From Methanobacteriota archaeon (lineage in GTDB: Archaea; Thermoplasmatota; Thermoplasmata; SG8-5; JAGLSY01), in the NCBI GenBank assembly GCA_020696385.1, contig JAEHCQ010000002.1, positions 96,001-160,000 on the forward strand: a stretch of 64,000 nucleotides of DNA, in the 5' to 3' direction. This document shows, piece after piece, positions 48,223 through 58,014 of the stretch. The position numbers and the translations under genes were made by a program. A model generated the notes under the pieces. The model was not told the DNA's origin. It saw nothing but the letters and a program-made list of their open reading frames with translations, and ran no database searches. Positions within the stretch are counted from its first letter, which is position 1; the number at the start of each line of letters is the position of its first letter.

Positions 48223-48441
48223 ATGAAAAAAGAAAAGGGATACGAATACGAACTATACATCACCAACCTCGATCCGGAAAGGAAGAGGACGAAAAGCATT
48301 GGGCTTAGTTCTAACGTTAGCTTTTCATCGGATACTGGCATGGATTTCTGCAATCTGGGGTTCTGCAATATCCGATTAAAGGGGACATTCAAACCAGAGG
48401 TGACCCGATTGCCCACACACAAAAATGTCATGATCGCTTAA
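48223..48441 (+). CDS. Small hypothetical protein
   Basis: ATG (MKKEKG) preceded by AGGAGG and followed by a hairpin; no recognisable domain. Confidence 0.4.
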   Translation: MKKEKGYEYELYITNLDPERKRTKSIGLSSNVSFSSDTGMDFCNLGFCNIRLKGTFKPEVTRLPTHKNVMIA

Positions 48442-48478
48442 GCATGACATGTATTATTCAAAATCAATATCAAAAATG

Positions 48479-48517
48479 ATTGTTTAGCTTGAGCCAAAAA
48501 AAGCTCAAGCTGAACAA
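48479..48517. terminator. Hairpin between convergent ORFs
   Basis: ttgtttagcttgagc-N8-gctcaagctgaacaa. Confidence 0.65.
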
Positions 48518-48548
48518 TTAAAAAAAAGCTAGAAAATTAAGCTTTCGT

Positions 48549-49874
48549 TTAGATCACTTTCTTTTTGGCAACCTTTTCCTGCTCGATCTGAGTTCCGCAA
48601 GCATAGCACATGACAGCGTCTCCACCGATCATCGTACCACAAGATGGACAAGCAATCTCTTCATCGCCGTCACCGCCAGCTGCCTCTTCTTCAGCAGGTG
48701 CATCATCGCCGCCAGCATCTTCGATCTGGGTTCCACAAGCATAGCACATGACTGCATCATCGCTGATCATAGTGCCACAAGATGGACAGGCTTTCTCGCC
48801 GTCGCCGCCAGCTGCCTCAACTGCCTCTTCTTCAGCAGGTGCATCATCGCCGCCAGCATCTTCGATCTGGGTTCCACAAGCATAGCACATGACTGCATCA
48901 CTGCTGATCATAGTGCCACAAGATGGGCATCCTTTCTCGCCTTCGTCACCAGCTGTTTCTTCAGCTGGAGCTTCTTCAACAAGCTCTACCTCGGGCTCCG
49001 CTGGGGCTTCCTCGGTTGGCTCTTCTTCTGCTGGGGCTTCTTCCTCTGCTGGAGCTTCCTCGGTTGGCTCTTCCTCTGCTGGGGCTTCTTCCTCTGCTGG
49101 GGCTTCTTCCTCTGCTGGGGCTTCTTCCTCTGCTGGGGCTTCTTCCTCTGCTGGGGCTTCTTCCTCTGCTGGGGCTTCTTCCTCTGCTGGGGCTTCCTCT
49201 ACAGGTGCTGCCTCGACTGGAGCCGCCGCGGCCTGTGCGGCCATTCCTCTAAGCGACTCTTCTTTCTGAAGGAGCTCCTGCTCTCTCTCCATCAGGCTTT
49301 TACCATCTGCGATGATCTTTTCCTTATTGGAGTTGAGATCCTCCTCTTCCTTGGCCAATGTCTTCTCTCTCTCGAGAAGCTCTTCGCCCTTGGCCATGAG
49401 TTTGTCCACGATTCCCTTTAATTCTTCGTGGGCTTTTACCTGTTCCTCCTCCCTGGTTATGATAACGTTCCTTTTCTCGGCGATCTCGCCCTCGACCTTC
49501 TGGATATCCTCCATCTTTGAGTATATCTCGGTCTCTCGAGTGGCCAGGTCCTGCTGTTTGGTGTTTATCTCAGTCTCCCTGGTCGCGAATCCATTTTCCA
49601 GTTCCTGGATTCTCGCCTTATCACTTTCGAACGCTTGTTTATCTGAATCAAGCTGGCTCTTCATCGAATCTACTTCACTCTTCATTGATTCGATCTCGCT
49701 TGTCTTAGAATTGAGCTCATTTTCTTTAGCCTCAAATGAAGACCTGAGCTCATCAACTTCTTTCTCTTTCTCAGCTAGGCTATTCTCTTTGTTTCGCAGT
49801 TCCTCTTCCTTGCTTTTGAACTGCTCGGCCTGCTTTTGCATGACTTCCCATAGTGATGGTTCTTCTCCGCCCAA
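48549..49874 (-). CDS. Coiled-coil + acidic EEAPA repeats + three double-zinc-ribbon domains
   Basis: About 200 aa heptad-rich region, 18-bp tandem repeat (49020-49200), 3x CPSCG..CYACG; TTG start after GGAGG. Confidence 0.85.
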   Translation of the reverse strand: MGGEEPSLWEVMQKQAEQFKSKEEELRNKENSLAEKEKEVDELRSSFEAKENELNSKTSEIESMKSEVDSMKSQLDSDKQAFESDKARIQELENGFATRETEINTKQQDLATRETEIYSKMEDIQKVEGEIAEKRNVIITREEEQVKAHEELKGIVDKLMAKGEELLEREKTLAKEEEDLNSNKEKIIADGKSLMEREQELLQKEESLRGMAAQAAAAPVEAAPVEEAPAEEEAPAEEEAPAEEEAPAEEEAPAEEEAPAEEEAPAEEEPTEEAPAEEEAPAEEEPTEEAPAEPEVELVEEAPAEETAGDEGEKGCPSCGTMISSDAVMCYACGTQIEDAGGDDAPAEEEAVEAAGGDGEKACPSCGTMISDDAVMCYACGTQIEDAGGDDAPAEEEAAGGDGDEEIACPSCGTMIGGDAVMCYACGTQIEQEKVAKKKVI

Positions 49875-49995
49875 ATCAATTCCTCCGATATTTTAGTTTA
49901 ATTGCCCAACTGTGCCCAGTAAACATCTGATATATTAAGTAATTTTTGCACGTATTGAGGTGTTAACATACTTAACATACTAAATGAAACTGTTC

Positions 49996-50706
49996 TTACA
50001 TCTCCGTATCGAATATAGGACCCAGCACGACAATACCGCCCTTTCCTATCTCGATCGCATGTTTCTCCATACTGTGATGGCTCGCTCTCATCTTCTCAAC
50101 CTGGAGATATCTGATAAGCTTGCCCCGGTTCCTGTCCAAGCCAAGCATTATGATCCCGTCGACCAGGAAACCTTCATTTCCCAGCAAATTGGATTCCCCG
50201 CCAAGGTTTCTCTCCATTATTGCGAAACAGATAAGGTTATTATCCCTTATCATTTTGAAGAAATAGAACATTTTCTTTCTCATACTGGTAGTGTCCTCCA
50301 TCAGTGAATAAAGAGCACCCAGTGAATCGAGGGCAAATACAGTGAACTTCTCTCCATGTTTTTTCTTGAAATGGACTATCATCTTTTCCAGGAATTTCAG
50401 ATAATCTGTCTCGTCCCCACCTTCGACCACCCTGTCAATCTCACGCAGATCTGTGAAATCACTTATCTGCATATTGGTGGAAAGGTCGAAGCCCAGGCTC
50501 TCCATGTTCCTGACATGGCTCTGTACGGTCTCTTCCAATGTCGTGTATAGACCAAAACCATCCGTATCCTCAAGATATTTGGATATGAGGGTATAGCAGA
50601 AGCTGGTCTTCATGGATCCCGGTGGACCGGTGATCAATACTATTGCTGGTGCCTGTATGTCTGTCCTGAATACTTTATCCAAGCCACTGACTGAATTCTT
50701 GAACAA
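49996..50706 (-). CDS. KaiC/RAD55-like ATPase
   Basis: SGLDKV, GPPGSMKTS, YTTLEE, LDSL, VEKMR; probable TTG start at 50706 after GGGGTGA. Confidence 0.88.
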   Translation of the reverse strand: MFKNSVSGLDKVFRTDIQAPAIVLITGPPGSMKTSFCYTLISKYLEDTDGFGLYTTLEETVQSHVRNMESLGFDLSTNMQISDFTDLREIDRVVEGGDETDYLKFLEKMIVHFKKKHGEKFTVFALDSLGALYSLMEDTTSMRKKMFYFFKMIRDNNLICFAIMERNLGGESNLLGNEGFLVDGIIMLGLDRNRGKLIRYLQVEKMRASHHSMEKHAIEIGKGGIVVLGPIFDTEM

Positions 50707-50867
50707 TTTTTCACCCCTTTTCAAATACAGGAGATAACAATTAGACATTTATATTTACCCATTGTGGTATCGAAGTATGTGTTCGGGTTCTTATTTTATT
50801 TCATATTTATTGTATTTACTGACACAAATGAGGAATAATTAGGCTTTTGATCATGTATGTCCCATGA

Positions 50868-51995
50868 TCATTTGTGCATGAGCTGTGCCAATTCTTTTAT
50901 CGTCATCCAGTCCGCATCCGTGCGAAGGCCTTTTGTATCATAATGGACAGTGGAAGCATTGAATCCTTTTTCCTTTAGAGCCTCGACAAAAAGTTTGGTG
51001 TTCGGGGGATGGACCTTGCATTTACTGGCTATCTCGTCGGTCATGTAAACATAAGGGGGTGAGTGAATCTCCGCCTTCAAATCATGGAGCAATTTGATCG
51101 TATCTGGCGATATGGCCATATTCGATCCTTCGGATTCGGAGATCATATCAGTCAGCAAGTCAGTATCATTGAGGGATCCCAGCCACAATGGACCTCCATG
51201 AACCTCTCCTTTCTCTGGCCTGGATTCTATTTTGTAGCCTTCGTCCTTGGTCCTGATGATGAAACCAAATTGCTTGAGCAGGGCGTCTGCTGGCTTCGCC
51301 CCTCTCTTCATCCTGAAATAAGATCTGAAATAATGACCGGAGAAGTAAGAAAGTATGGGTATCGCGGCTACATCGAAGACGGCCGCTCTCCTGATGGTGT
51401 TTCCTACCAGTATTCTCAGGCCAGTATCGTGCATCGTTCCCGAGTGCAGGGGTCGAGATCCATATCTTCTGATACAGGTGGTTGGATAAGTGCCGCAAAG
51501 TGGAGCTGTGTCTGTCGCGGTTATCGACAATATTCCCTTGCTCTTGACAGCTCTGATCGAACCATCCAAAAAGTCTACTGGCGACCCAAATGGATCTATA
51601 TCCACCCAATTGTATTTCTTTTCAGGGAGCAGGCCATGAAGGCCACGTCTCGATGGGGTTATCCTGTCGCCTCGATCCCAATGTTCCGTGTTCTTATGGA
51701 TGAGATCGAAAGCTTTCGGGCTGTGATCATTGATGACTATGTCACAATCGTGTTTGCCTTCTTCATAAAGTCGCAGACCCTTTGCTCCCGATGCGGCGAG
51801 ACCATCCAATATGTTCCAGCCATCCTCCGCTATCACCCTTTCGAAAAGAACTGAAACATCCCGATTGTCCCTCATGGCGGGATTGTAGAACACAGGCTCG
51901 GATCTGGCCATAGGGCCATTGAGATGTTTGGTCGAAGGGGTGAACATGGCTGTCGCTCCTTCAATTATCTCAATATAATCATCGGCCTGAGTCAA
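50868..51995 (-). CDS. trm1: tRNA (guanine26-N2) dimethyltransferase
   Basis: VFYNPAM..NRD, DIDPFGSP, TATDTAPLCG, GPLWLG. Confidence 0.95.
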   Translation of the reverse strand: MTQADDYIEIIEGATAMFTPSTKHLNGPMARSEPVFYNPAMRDNRDVSVLFERVIAEDGWNILDGLAASGAKGLRLYEEGKHDCDIVINDHSPKAFDLIHKNTEHWDRGDRITPSRRGLHGLLPEKKYNWVDIDPFGSPVDFLDGSIRAVKSKGILSITATDTAPLCGTYPTTCIRRYGSRPLHSGTMHDTGLRILVGNTIRRAAVFDVAAIPILSYFSGHYFRSYFRMKRGAKPADALLKQFGFIIRTKDEGYKIESRPEKGEVHGGPLWLGSLNDTDLLTDMISESEGSNMAISPDTIKLLHDLKAEIHSPPYVYMTDEIASKCKVHPPNTKLFVEALKEKGFNASTVHYDTKGLRTDADWMTIKELAQLMHK

Positions 51996-52008
51996 GTCGA
52001 GCCCCCGT

Positions 52009-52602
52009 TCAGAGAAGCTCTCCTTTGATGAGCTTCATTATCTTGTATGGGAGAAGATTTCGATTGACTGGAGTGACTTCCAGTATCCGAACATCGTCCC
52101 TGCGTCGGATATCCTGTAAAAGAGGATTCCTGGATTTCTTGTGGAGTGTTAATAACATCATCTTATCAGAATCAAGAGCATCTTCGACAGCCTTTACAAA
52201 ACCCGGGCTCTCGACCTCCATCTTACCGACCTCGTCGATGATGATCATATCCGCATCCTTGATCGCAGCATTGATCGCCTTCACACCCAGGGATTCCAGG
52301 GCTTTCTGATCAACCCCATAGGGTCCGACAGATAGAGTGGATTCTATATTGATGTGAGCGAATTTTTTCTTCTTGCCAGACATCCAATCTTTGATGTAAA
52401 AACCTACTCTTTTATTCCTGAAAACAATTGGTTCGGTCACCATTCCGCCAACAATAATGTCCTCGGCTTCGACCATCTCGATTATTTTCAAAAGTGTTTG
52501 TGTCTTCCCCGAACTGGGTAGACCCGTAATGCCTATTTTTACTACCTCGGATGCTTTCACATCCTCTTGCCCACTATCATCTGTACCCATAGGGATATCC
52601 AC
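52009..52602 (-). CDS. Nucleoside-triphosphatase THEP1 family
   Basis: ITGLPSSGKT, RVGF, IIDEVGKME. Confidence 0.92.
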   Translation of the reverse strand: MDIPMGTDDSGQEDVKASEVVKIGITGLPSSGKTQTLLKIIEMVEAEDIIVGGMVTEPIVFRNKRVGFYIKDWMSGKKKKFAHINIESTLSVGPYGVDQKALESLGVKAINAAIKDADMIIIDEVGKMEVESPGFVKAVEDALDSDKMMLLTLHKKSRNPLLQDIRRRDDVRILEVTPVNRNLLPYKIMKLIKGELL

Positions 52603-52706
52603 CGTACTACTACTATAGCCACAGGATATGGTTTCATCCTTTATAATATATCGTGTTCTATAATAATGGTAAATAATAGTTCTGGAGCATGATGAAAAAT
52701 AAGGTA

Positions 52707-54170
52707 TTATTCATCCCTGGCTCGGAGGATCATTTCTCCGACCATCTTGTCAGCGAGTTGAAGGAACTCGTCCTCCTTACCGGCCTCGATGGTCGCACCG
52801 GCTGCGACATTATGCCCACCGCCTATGCCTCCGATCTCCTCGGTTATCTTGCTCATCAACTCGGAAAGGTCAATACCCATGCCAGCTAACTCGTCGGTCG
52901 ATCTACCAGATACCTTGACCCCATCCTCCGCATCCGAGAAAGCGAATATCGGCATGTGCTTGGGTATTTTACCAGACCCGAGCACCATGCCGGCGACTAT
53001 CCCGATCACACTATCCAGTATCCTGTCTCCAGCTTTCACATACTGGATATTATCCATTGTCTCGATGCCCAGCTCTTCTATCACCTTCATGGACTGCACC
53101 AGATACTTTTTATGGCCGCCCTGAAGATCAAATGCTTGATTCAAATATGTCGCTCTGTCACCCTTGCAGACCTCGAAAGCGATCTCCGCCTTCCCATACC
53201 TTCCGCATGAATTTAGAACTGTGGAGAATTCCTTGGCCTCATGAAGTGATGTGCCTGGCTTCTCATTGACAAATAGATAAATCTCAGATAATAATTCCTC
53301 TCGCGAGGCGAAATTGCTCAGTGCGGAAAGAAGACGACGTTGTTCCATCCTATCCAGATCGGACCACGATCTCCATTTTTCCCCGGTCTTGAGATCGATA
53401 TCCAGACTCATTAGGAAATTCATGCACGCTCTGTAGTTCCCACTCAGGCCTATGAGCTCGGGATCTGAGCAATACTGGATGAGCTTGTAAAGAGGGCGCG
53501 TTTCCCTTCCATAAAGCCCGAGATCCACAATTGCCTCCATTGCTCCGGACTCGATAGCATCCTCCAGTATCTCGCGATTGGTTCCTGTTAATTTCCCTTC
53601 ATTGCGATCCTGAAGATCCCCCACAGCTCCCACGATCGCGATACTGGCCAGCCACTTCAATTCTGGAGCGAGCTCCCTTGCCACGAGATAGGCTGTTCCG
53701 GATCCACTGATGTCCGTGGAACCGTCCCGCCCCACAAGGTGCGGATTCACTTGCAAGATATTGGATGGAATAGAAGTGTTCTTACTGGATGCCTCGGAAA
53801 AATCAAATAGAGTTTTGGGAGAAGATGAGGCTGATGTTCCCACATCTTCCTTCTCCTCAGCTGGCTCGGCCTTCACTTCTGATGGCACATGGTGATCGCA
53901 AATAACGGCATTGAGGTTACCCAGCATGTGGATATAGCCACTACCAAGATCCGTGAACCATATCAATTCATGATTCCCATCCTCGAGATCGGCTATGAGT
54001 TTCTCATCCAGCTTCTTGACAAAGCGTGTTTCGTTCTTGATCCCGATGTGATCAAGAACGAAAGAAGCGATGCTGCCCGATGATATGCCATCAGCATCAA
54101 TATGGCTGATAATCAGTACACTGGATGCATCCCTTAGCCGTTCGGCGACCTTCTTCGCAGCTTCCTTCAC
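52707..54170 (-). CDS. RecJ-like DHH/DHHA1 exonuclease (GAN/Cdc45-related family)
   Basis: HIDADG, TDLGSG, DHH, NPHL, GAVGDLQ, GGGHNVAAGA. Confidence 0.9.
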   Translation of the reverse strand: MKEAAKKVAERLRDASSVLIISHIDADGISSGSIASFVLDHIGIKNETRFVKKLDEKLIADLEDGNHELIWFTDLGSGYIHMLGNLNAVICDHHVPSEVKAEPAEEKEDVGTSASSSPKTLFDFSEASSKNTSIPSNILQVNPHLVGRDGSTDISGSGTAYLVARELAPELKWLASIAIVGAVGDLQDRNEGKLTGTNREILEDAIESGAMEAIVDLGLYGRETRPLYKLIQYCSDPELIGLSGNYRACMNFLMSLDIDLKTGEKWRSWSDLDRMEQRRLLSALSNFASREELLSEIYLFVNEKPGTSLHEAKEFSTVLNSCGRYGKAEIAFEVCKGDRATYLNQAFDLQGGHKKYLVQSMKVIEELGIETMDNIQYVKAGDRILDSVIGIVAGMVLGSGKIPKHMPIFAFSDAEDGVKVSGRSTDELAGMGIDLSELMSKITEEIGGIGGGHNVAAGATIEAGKEDEFLQLADKMVGEMILRARDE

Positions 54171-54243
54171 GTCATGGTGTATGGACTTCCAGTAATAAGT
54201 AATTGCGCTGGGGTGGGTGAAAGTATACGGATCCTGACTTGTT

Positions 54244-54930
54244 TCAGGTAATGAGATCCAGTTCTATTCGTCCATCCTCGACCATGATGATGCGGTCCGT
54301 TCGCTCCGCGATCTTCCTGTCATGGGTAACGATCAGTAAAGTGGTGCCATATTCCTCATTTATCTGTCGCAGAAGCCGATAAACACTGTCGGTCGTGTCT
54401 GTATCGAGATTACCTGTTGGCTCATCCGCCAGTATCAATTTAGGATTGTTTATCAAGGCACGGGCAATTGCCGCCCTCTGTTGTTGACCACCTGACATTT
54501 CTGTTGAGAGATTGTTCTTCACTGCCTCCAAACCCACAAGTCCCAGCAATTCATCCACCCTGTTCTCGATCTCCGGAGTGGTCTTTCCATGTTGGATCAG
54601 ATACGGCATTAGCACATTCTCACGAGCGGTGAACTCCGGCAATAGATGATGAAATTGGAAGATGAAACCAATGCTCTGATTTCTAAGACTGGCCAGCTGA
54701 TCCTTGGTCATCGTGTCCGTTCTCTGACCGGCTATCTCCACAGTGCCTTTCGTAGCCTTATCCAGCGTGCCTATGATATTAAGAAGGGTGGATTTGCCAC
54801 TACCAGATTGGCCGACCAGTGAATTGAAGCTACCTTCCTCCACCTTCAGATCTATATCGAAAAGAACCTGGGTCTCGACAGCTCCCGAGTATATCTTGCT
54901 AACTTTTTCCATATTTATCATATCAGCCAT
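54244..54930 (-). CDS. ABC transporter ATP-binding protein (LolD/MacB-like)
   Basis: GQSGSGKST, FIFQFHHL, SGGQQQR, ADEPTGNLD. Confidence 0.95.
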   Translation of the reverse strand: MADMINMEKVSKIYSGAVETQVLFDIDLKVEEGSFNSLVGQSGSGKSTLLNIIGTLDKATKGTVEIAGQRTDTMTKDQLASLRNQSIGFIFQFHHLLPEFTARENVLMPYLIQHGKTTPEIENRVDELLGLVGLEAVKNNLSTEMSGGQQQRAAIARALINNPKLILADEPTGNLDTDTTDSVYRLLRQINEEYGTTLLIVTHDRKIAERTDRIIMVEDGRIELDLIT

Positions 54931-56077
54931 TGCGTATCACCTCGATAGGGTCAAGTTTTCTGGATTTGATAGCTGGCAACAGGGAAGCCACCGCCGATGC
55001 GATGACCGCGATGAGGCCAGACATTATCAGGAAAGAAACATCAAAGGAAGATGATATTATCGAATCACCACCACTGGATATGGCCTGGATGAAACCATAA
55101 AAGAGAACTCCACCAAGCGCGACACCCACTATGGCCCCTCCAATTCCCAGAAGTAAACCCTGATATAGGAAAATAAGACTTGACTGGCTATCCTTGATGC
55201 CCATGGCCTTGAGTATGCCTATCTGCCGGGATTTCTGGACCACAGTTATCGAAAGTATACTGGCTATGCCGATGACCACCGATAGCAGAACAAAGGTCTG
55301 GATCATGTAACTGGAGGCTCCCTGTGATGCCAGTGCGCTGAAGAAATCTGGATTGTCATCCTTCCAGTTATTTATTTTCACAGGAGTGGCACCTAAAGCG
55401 CTCCTGACATCCTCGGCTGTCGCGTCTGCTGTGAATATGTCCGTTGTCTGGGTCTCTATAGATGTGATATTATCTCCAAGGCCATAGATCGTTTGGGCCG
55501 AGGCAATGTTCACAATGACCCATCTCTCATTGACAATCGCCGATCCCAGATCGTAAATGCCAGACACCCATAATGTGAAAGTATTCTGGGATGGGGTTAT
55601 GATGCCAATATCATCCCCTACAGAAAGTCCCAGACCTTCAGCCAGCTCCTTTCCAACAAGGACCTGGGAATCATTTGTCGGAACTGTTCCTTCATAGGTA
55701 TTCTCGGACAGCTCATATATGTCATCCGCAAGCTCCATGTCCAGGCCTCGCACTTGCACAGATCTCGATTGATCAGATATCACGATAAGAGCGGGGGAAT
55801 CCACGGCAGGAGATACTGCCGTGATGCCATCGATATCCTGGATACTGGCCACCATGCTTTCCCAATTGTCTATCACGATCTCATCCTCTGCCGGGAATAC
55901 CGTCACATGGGACGCGTTCCCAGTGGTCTCTTCCAGAAATCCTTCCTGTAGATTTGTGAGAAGCTGGCCGACAAATATCTGTACCGCAATTCCGACAGCC
56001 AGACCCATGATTATCAAAAGGGTCTGCATCTTGCTGGACTTGAGAAATCTAAGAGCTATCCTGAAGGAGACCATCAT
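54923..56077 (-). CDS. ABC transporter permease (FtsX/LolC-E-like)
   Basis: TM, large extracellular domain, RQIGILKAMG, LPA..LDPIEVIR. Confidence 0.92.
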   Translation of the reverse strand: MMVSFRIALRFLKSSKMQTLLIIMGLAVGIAVQIFVGQLLTNLQEGFLEETTGNASHVTVFPAEDEIVIDNWESMVASIQDIDGITAVSPAVDSPALIVISDQSRSVQVRGLDMELADDIYELSENTYEGTVPTNDSQVLVGKELAEGLGLSVGDDIGIITPSQNTFTLWVSGIYDLGSAIVNERWVIVNIASAQTIYGLGDNITSIETQTTDIFTADATAEDVRSALGATPVKINNWKDDNPDFFSALASQGASSYMIQTFVLLSVVIGIASILSITVVQKSRQIGILKAMGIKDSQSSLIFLYQGLLLGIGGAIVGVALGGVLFYGFIQAISSGGDSIISSSFDVSFLIMSGLIAVIASAVASLLPAIKSRKLDPIEVIRNG

Positions 56078-56718
56078 TCCACCGCCAACTTGGATATCTC
56101 CTCGATGGTCTGCATCTCCATATCCGCTCCTATCTCTCTGAATAAATTTGGCTTGTCTAAAAACGCCTGGCCCCCGACGATCACTGTGATATCGGGATAA
56201 GACTTTTTTATCAAAGATATAACTTTCTGGGTAGCCATCAAATTGTAGGAATTTGTAACGCTCATTGCCACGTATTTGGGCTTCTCCACCTCGATGGCGG
56301 ATATGATCGAGGTGAGTGGGGTATTGGCTCCGATTAATGTGACCTCGAAACCACTGAGCGTGAAATAATCAGCGACCATCCTGGCACCGATCTCATGAAG
56401 CTCCCCCGTGGGGCAAACGACCATCGCTCTTGGACCTTTAAGAACTCCGAACTTCCGCTTGCTGGCTCCAGCCACCCGAAGATAGCAGGATTCGATCACT
56501 GTCCGAATGATCGAGCTGCGGACATGCTCTTTCCATATGCATTCGGCCTCTGGCACATCACAGAACATCTCACAAAGGGCAGGTTTGAGTATATTCTGAT
56601 ACAATTCCACTATACCTGGAACCTTACCAGAATCAAGCCAGTCATTGACAAGCTCTATACATCCGGCCTTGTCGTTCTTCTCTATGAGTCCGATGAATTC
56701 TCTCTTTAGCTCCTCCAT
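56074..56718 (-). CDS. Cobalamin-binding domain protein
   Basis: Helical cap with WKEH; GELHEIGARM, GANTP, SVT, VGGQA. Confidence 0.88.
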   Translation of the reverse strand: MEELKREFIGLIEKNDKAGCIELVNDWLDSGKVPGIVELYQNILKPALCEMFCDVPEAECIWKEHVRSSIIRTVIESCYLRVAGASKRKFGVLKGPRAMVVCPTGELHEIGARMVADYFTLSGFEVTLIGANTPLTSIISAIEVEKPKYVAMSVTNSYNLMATQKVISLIKKSYPDITVIVGGQAFLDKPNLFREIGADMEMQTIEEISKLAVE

Positions 56719-56779
56719 GAGGCTGAATCGGATAGGTTACTGATAAATCTTCTTCCTTAATTTTCTGTGAATGAAAGGG

Positions 56780-57280
56780 TTATCTCCCAGGAGCCTTGCC
56801 CTTCCTGGACTTCACTGGCCTTTTAGGGTTATTGTGATCCCGAGTGGAATTGTACTTATTCGGCTTCTGGCCCTGCTTCTGGCCATGTTTCTTATCCTGC
56901 TTGGAGCCCGGCCTGATCTCGTATGATCTGCAGATAGCCTTGTTCCCACTGTCAATGCCTTTTTTATTGCAAAATCCTTCTATCCAGTATGTGCAGTTGG
57001 AGCAATTGTACGCGCTTTCTTCCAATTTCCTTTCTACAGTGGTGAAGGCAATGGACACCATGCCGGACCCCACACTGTATCGGAAGGACTGATAGGGGAT
57101 GTTCTTCCACTTGCAGTAGATGGTGGAAGCTGATGGAGGATCGTATTTGTCATAATATCCCTTGTCCGGGTCCTCGCCACCCCTGGCTGCCAATAGGGAT
57201 GTCATGGATCTACAATCGGGGCAGAAAATTGCCTGGCCAGTCTCGACCATCGATCTACATTTTGGACAATATCGCTTCAT
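56780..57280 (-). CDS. Cys-rich hypothetical zinc-finger protein
   Basis: CPKC..CPDC, CSNC..C..C, basic tail. Confidence 0.6.
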   Translation of the reverse strand: MKRYCPKCRSMVETGQAIFCPDCRSMTSLLAARGGEDPDKGYYDKYDPPSASTIYCKWKNIPYQSFRYSVGSGMVSIAFTTVERKLEESAYNCSNCTYWIEGFCNKKGIDSGNKAICRSYEIRPGSKQDKKHGQKQGQKPNKYNSTRDHNNPKRPVKSRKGKAPGR

Positions 57281-57419
57281 CGTGTCACTTCTATACCTTC
57301 TATGATGTTATAGGATTTAATCATTATCCGGCCAAAGGAGTTCTCGCACCATATATTGGAAATGGGAAAAGGATTATAGAACAAAGCGCGGTTGTGTTAT
57401 TAAAGATGGAGAGAGATCG

Positions 57420-57923
57420 ATGAAAATATGCCTAGCTTATGCGTCAAGGACCGGGAATTCGGAGCTTATCGCCAATCAATTGATATCGAGACTGAAAAAA
57501 AGTGGAAATTCGATAGATGTCATTAAGATCGAGCCTGAAACAATGCCAAGGTTCTTTGGAGCCGGAGCCAAGAGCATGAAGCAAGAGGAAATGAAGCTGA
57601 AGAACACGGAGACTGATATTGGCCAATACGACCTGTTCATCATCGGGGGGCCAGTATGGGCCGGCAGGCCATCGCCTTTGTTCGCGTCCTTCTTGGAATT
57701 ATTAAAAAATACGGAAGGAAAGAAAACGGCTTATTTCATCACCCAGATCACTCCTATTGGAAAGAATAAAGAAATGCCAGGTGTGATGAAAAACAACCTG
57801 AACAAGAAAGGTTTTGACATGATAGGTGAGCCATTGATCCTGCGAATGAAGAAAGGTGATTTCCTCGAAGGCGAAAAGAATATTGATGATTTTGTGAAAA
57901 CCATTGAGGAACTGGATAATTGA
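57420..57923 (+). CDS. Flavodoxin family protein
   Basis: YASRTGNSE, YDLFIIGGPVW. Confidence 0.88.
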   Translation: MKICLAYASRTGNSELIANQLISRLKKSGNSIDVIKIEPETMPRFFGAGAKSMKQEEMKLKNTETDIGQYDLFIIGGPVWAGRPSPLFASFLELLKNTEGKKTAYFITQITPIGKNKEMPGVMKNNLNKKGFDMIGEPLILRMKKGDFLEGEKNIDDFVKTIEELDN

Positions 57924-58014
57924 ACCTTTGTGTAGAAGGAGAAGTTCTATCGATGCTACATGTAGCCTAATTCTATGAGTCGCGAGTATATACACTTGCA
58001 CGATTTTAGGCATC

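Noticed and set aside
48889-49269. Ser/Ala and LLGLLP repeat ORFs
   Set aside because: Alternative-frame shadows of the EEAPAE repeat.
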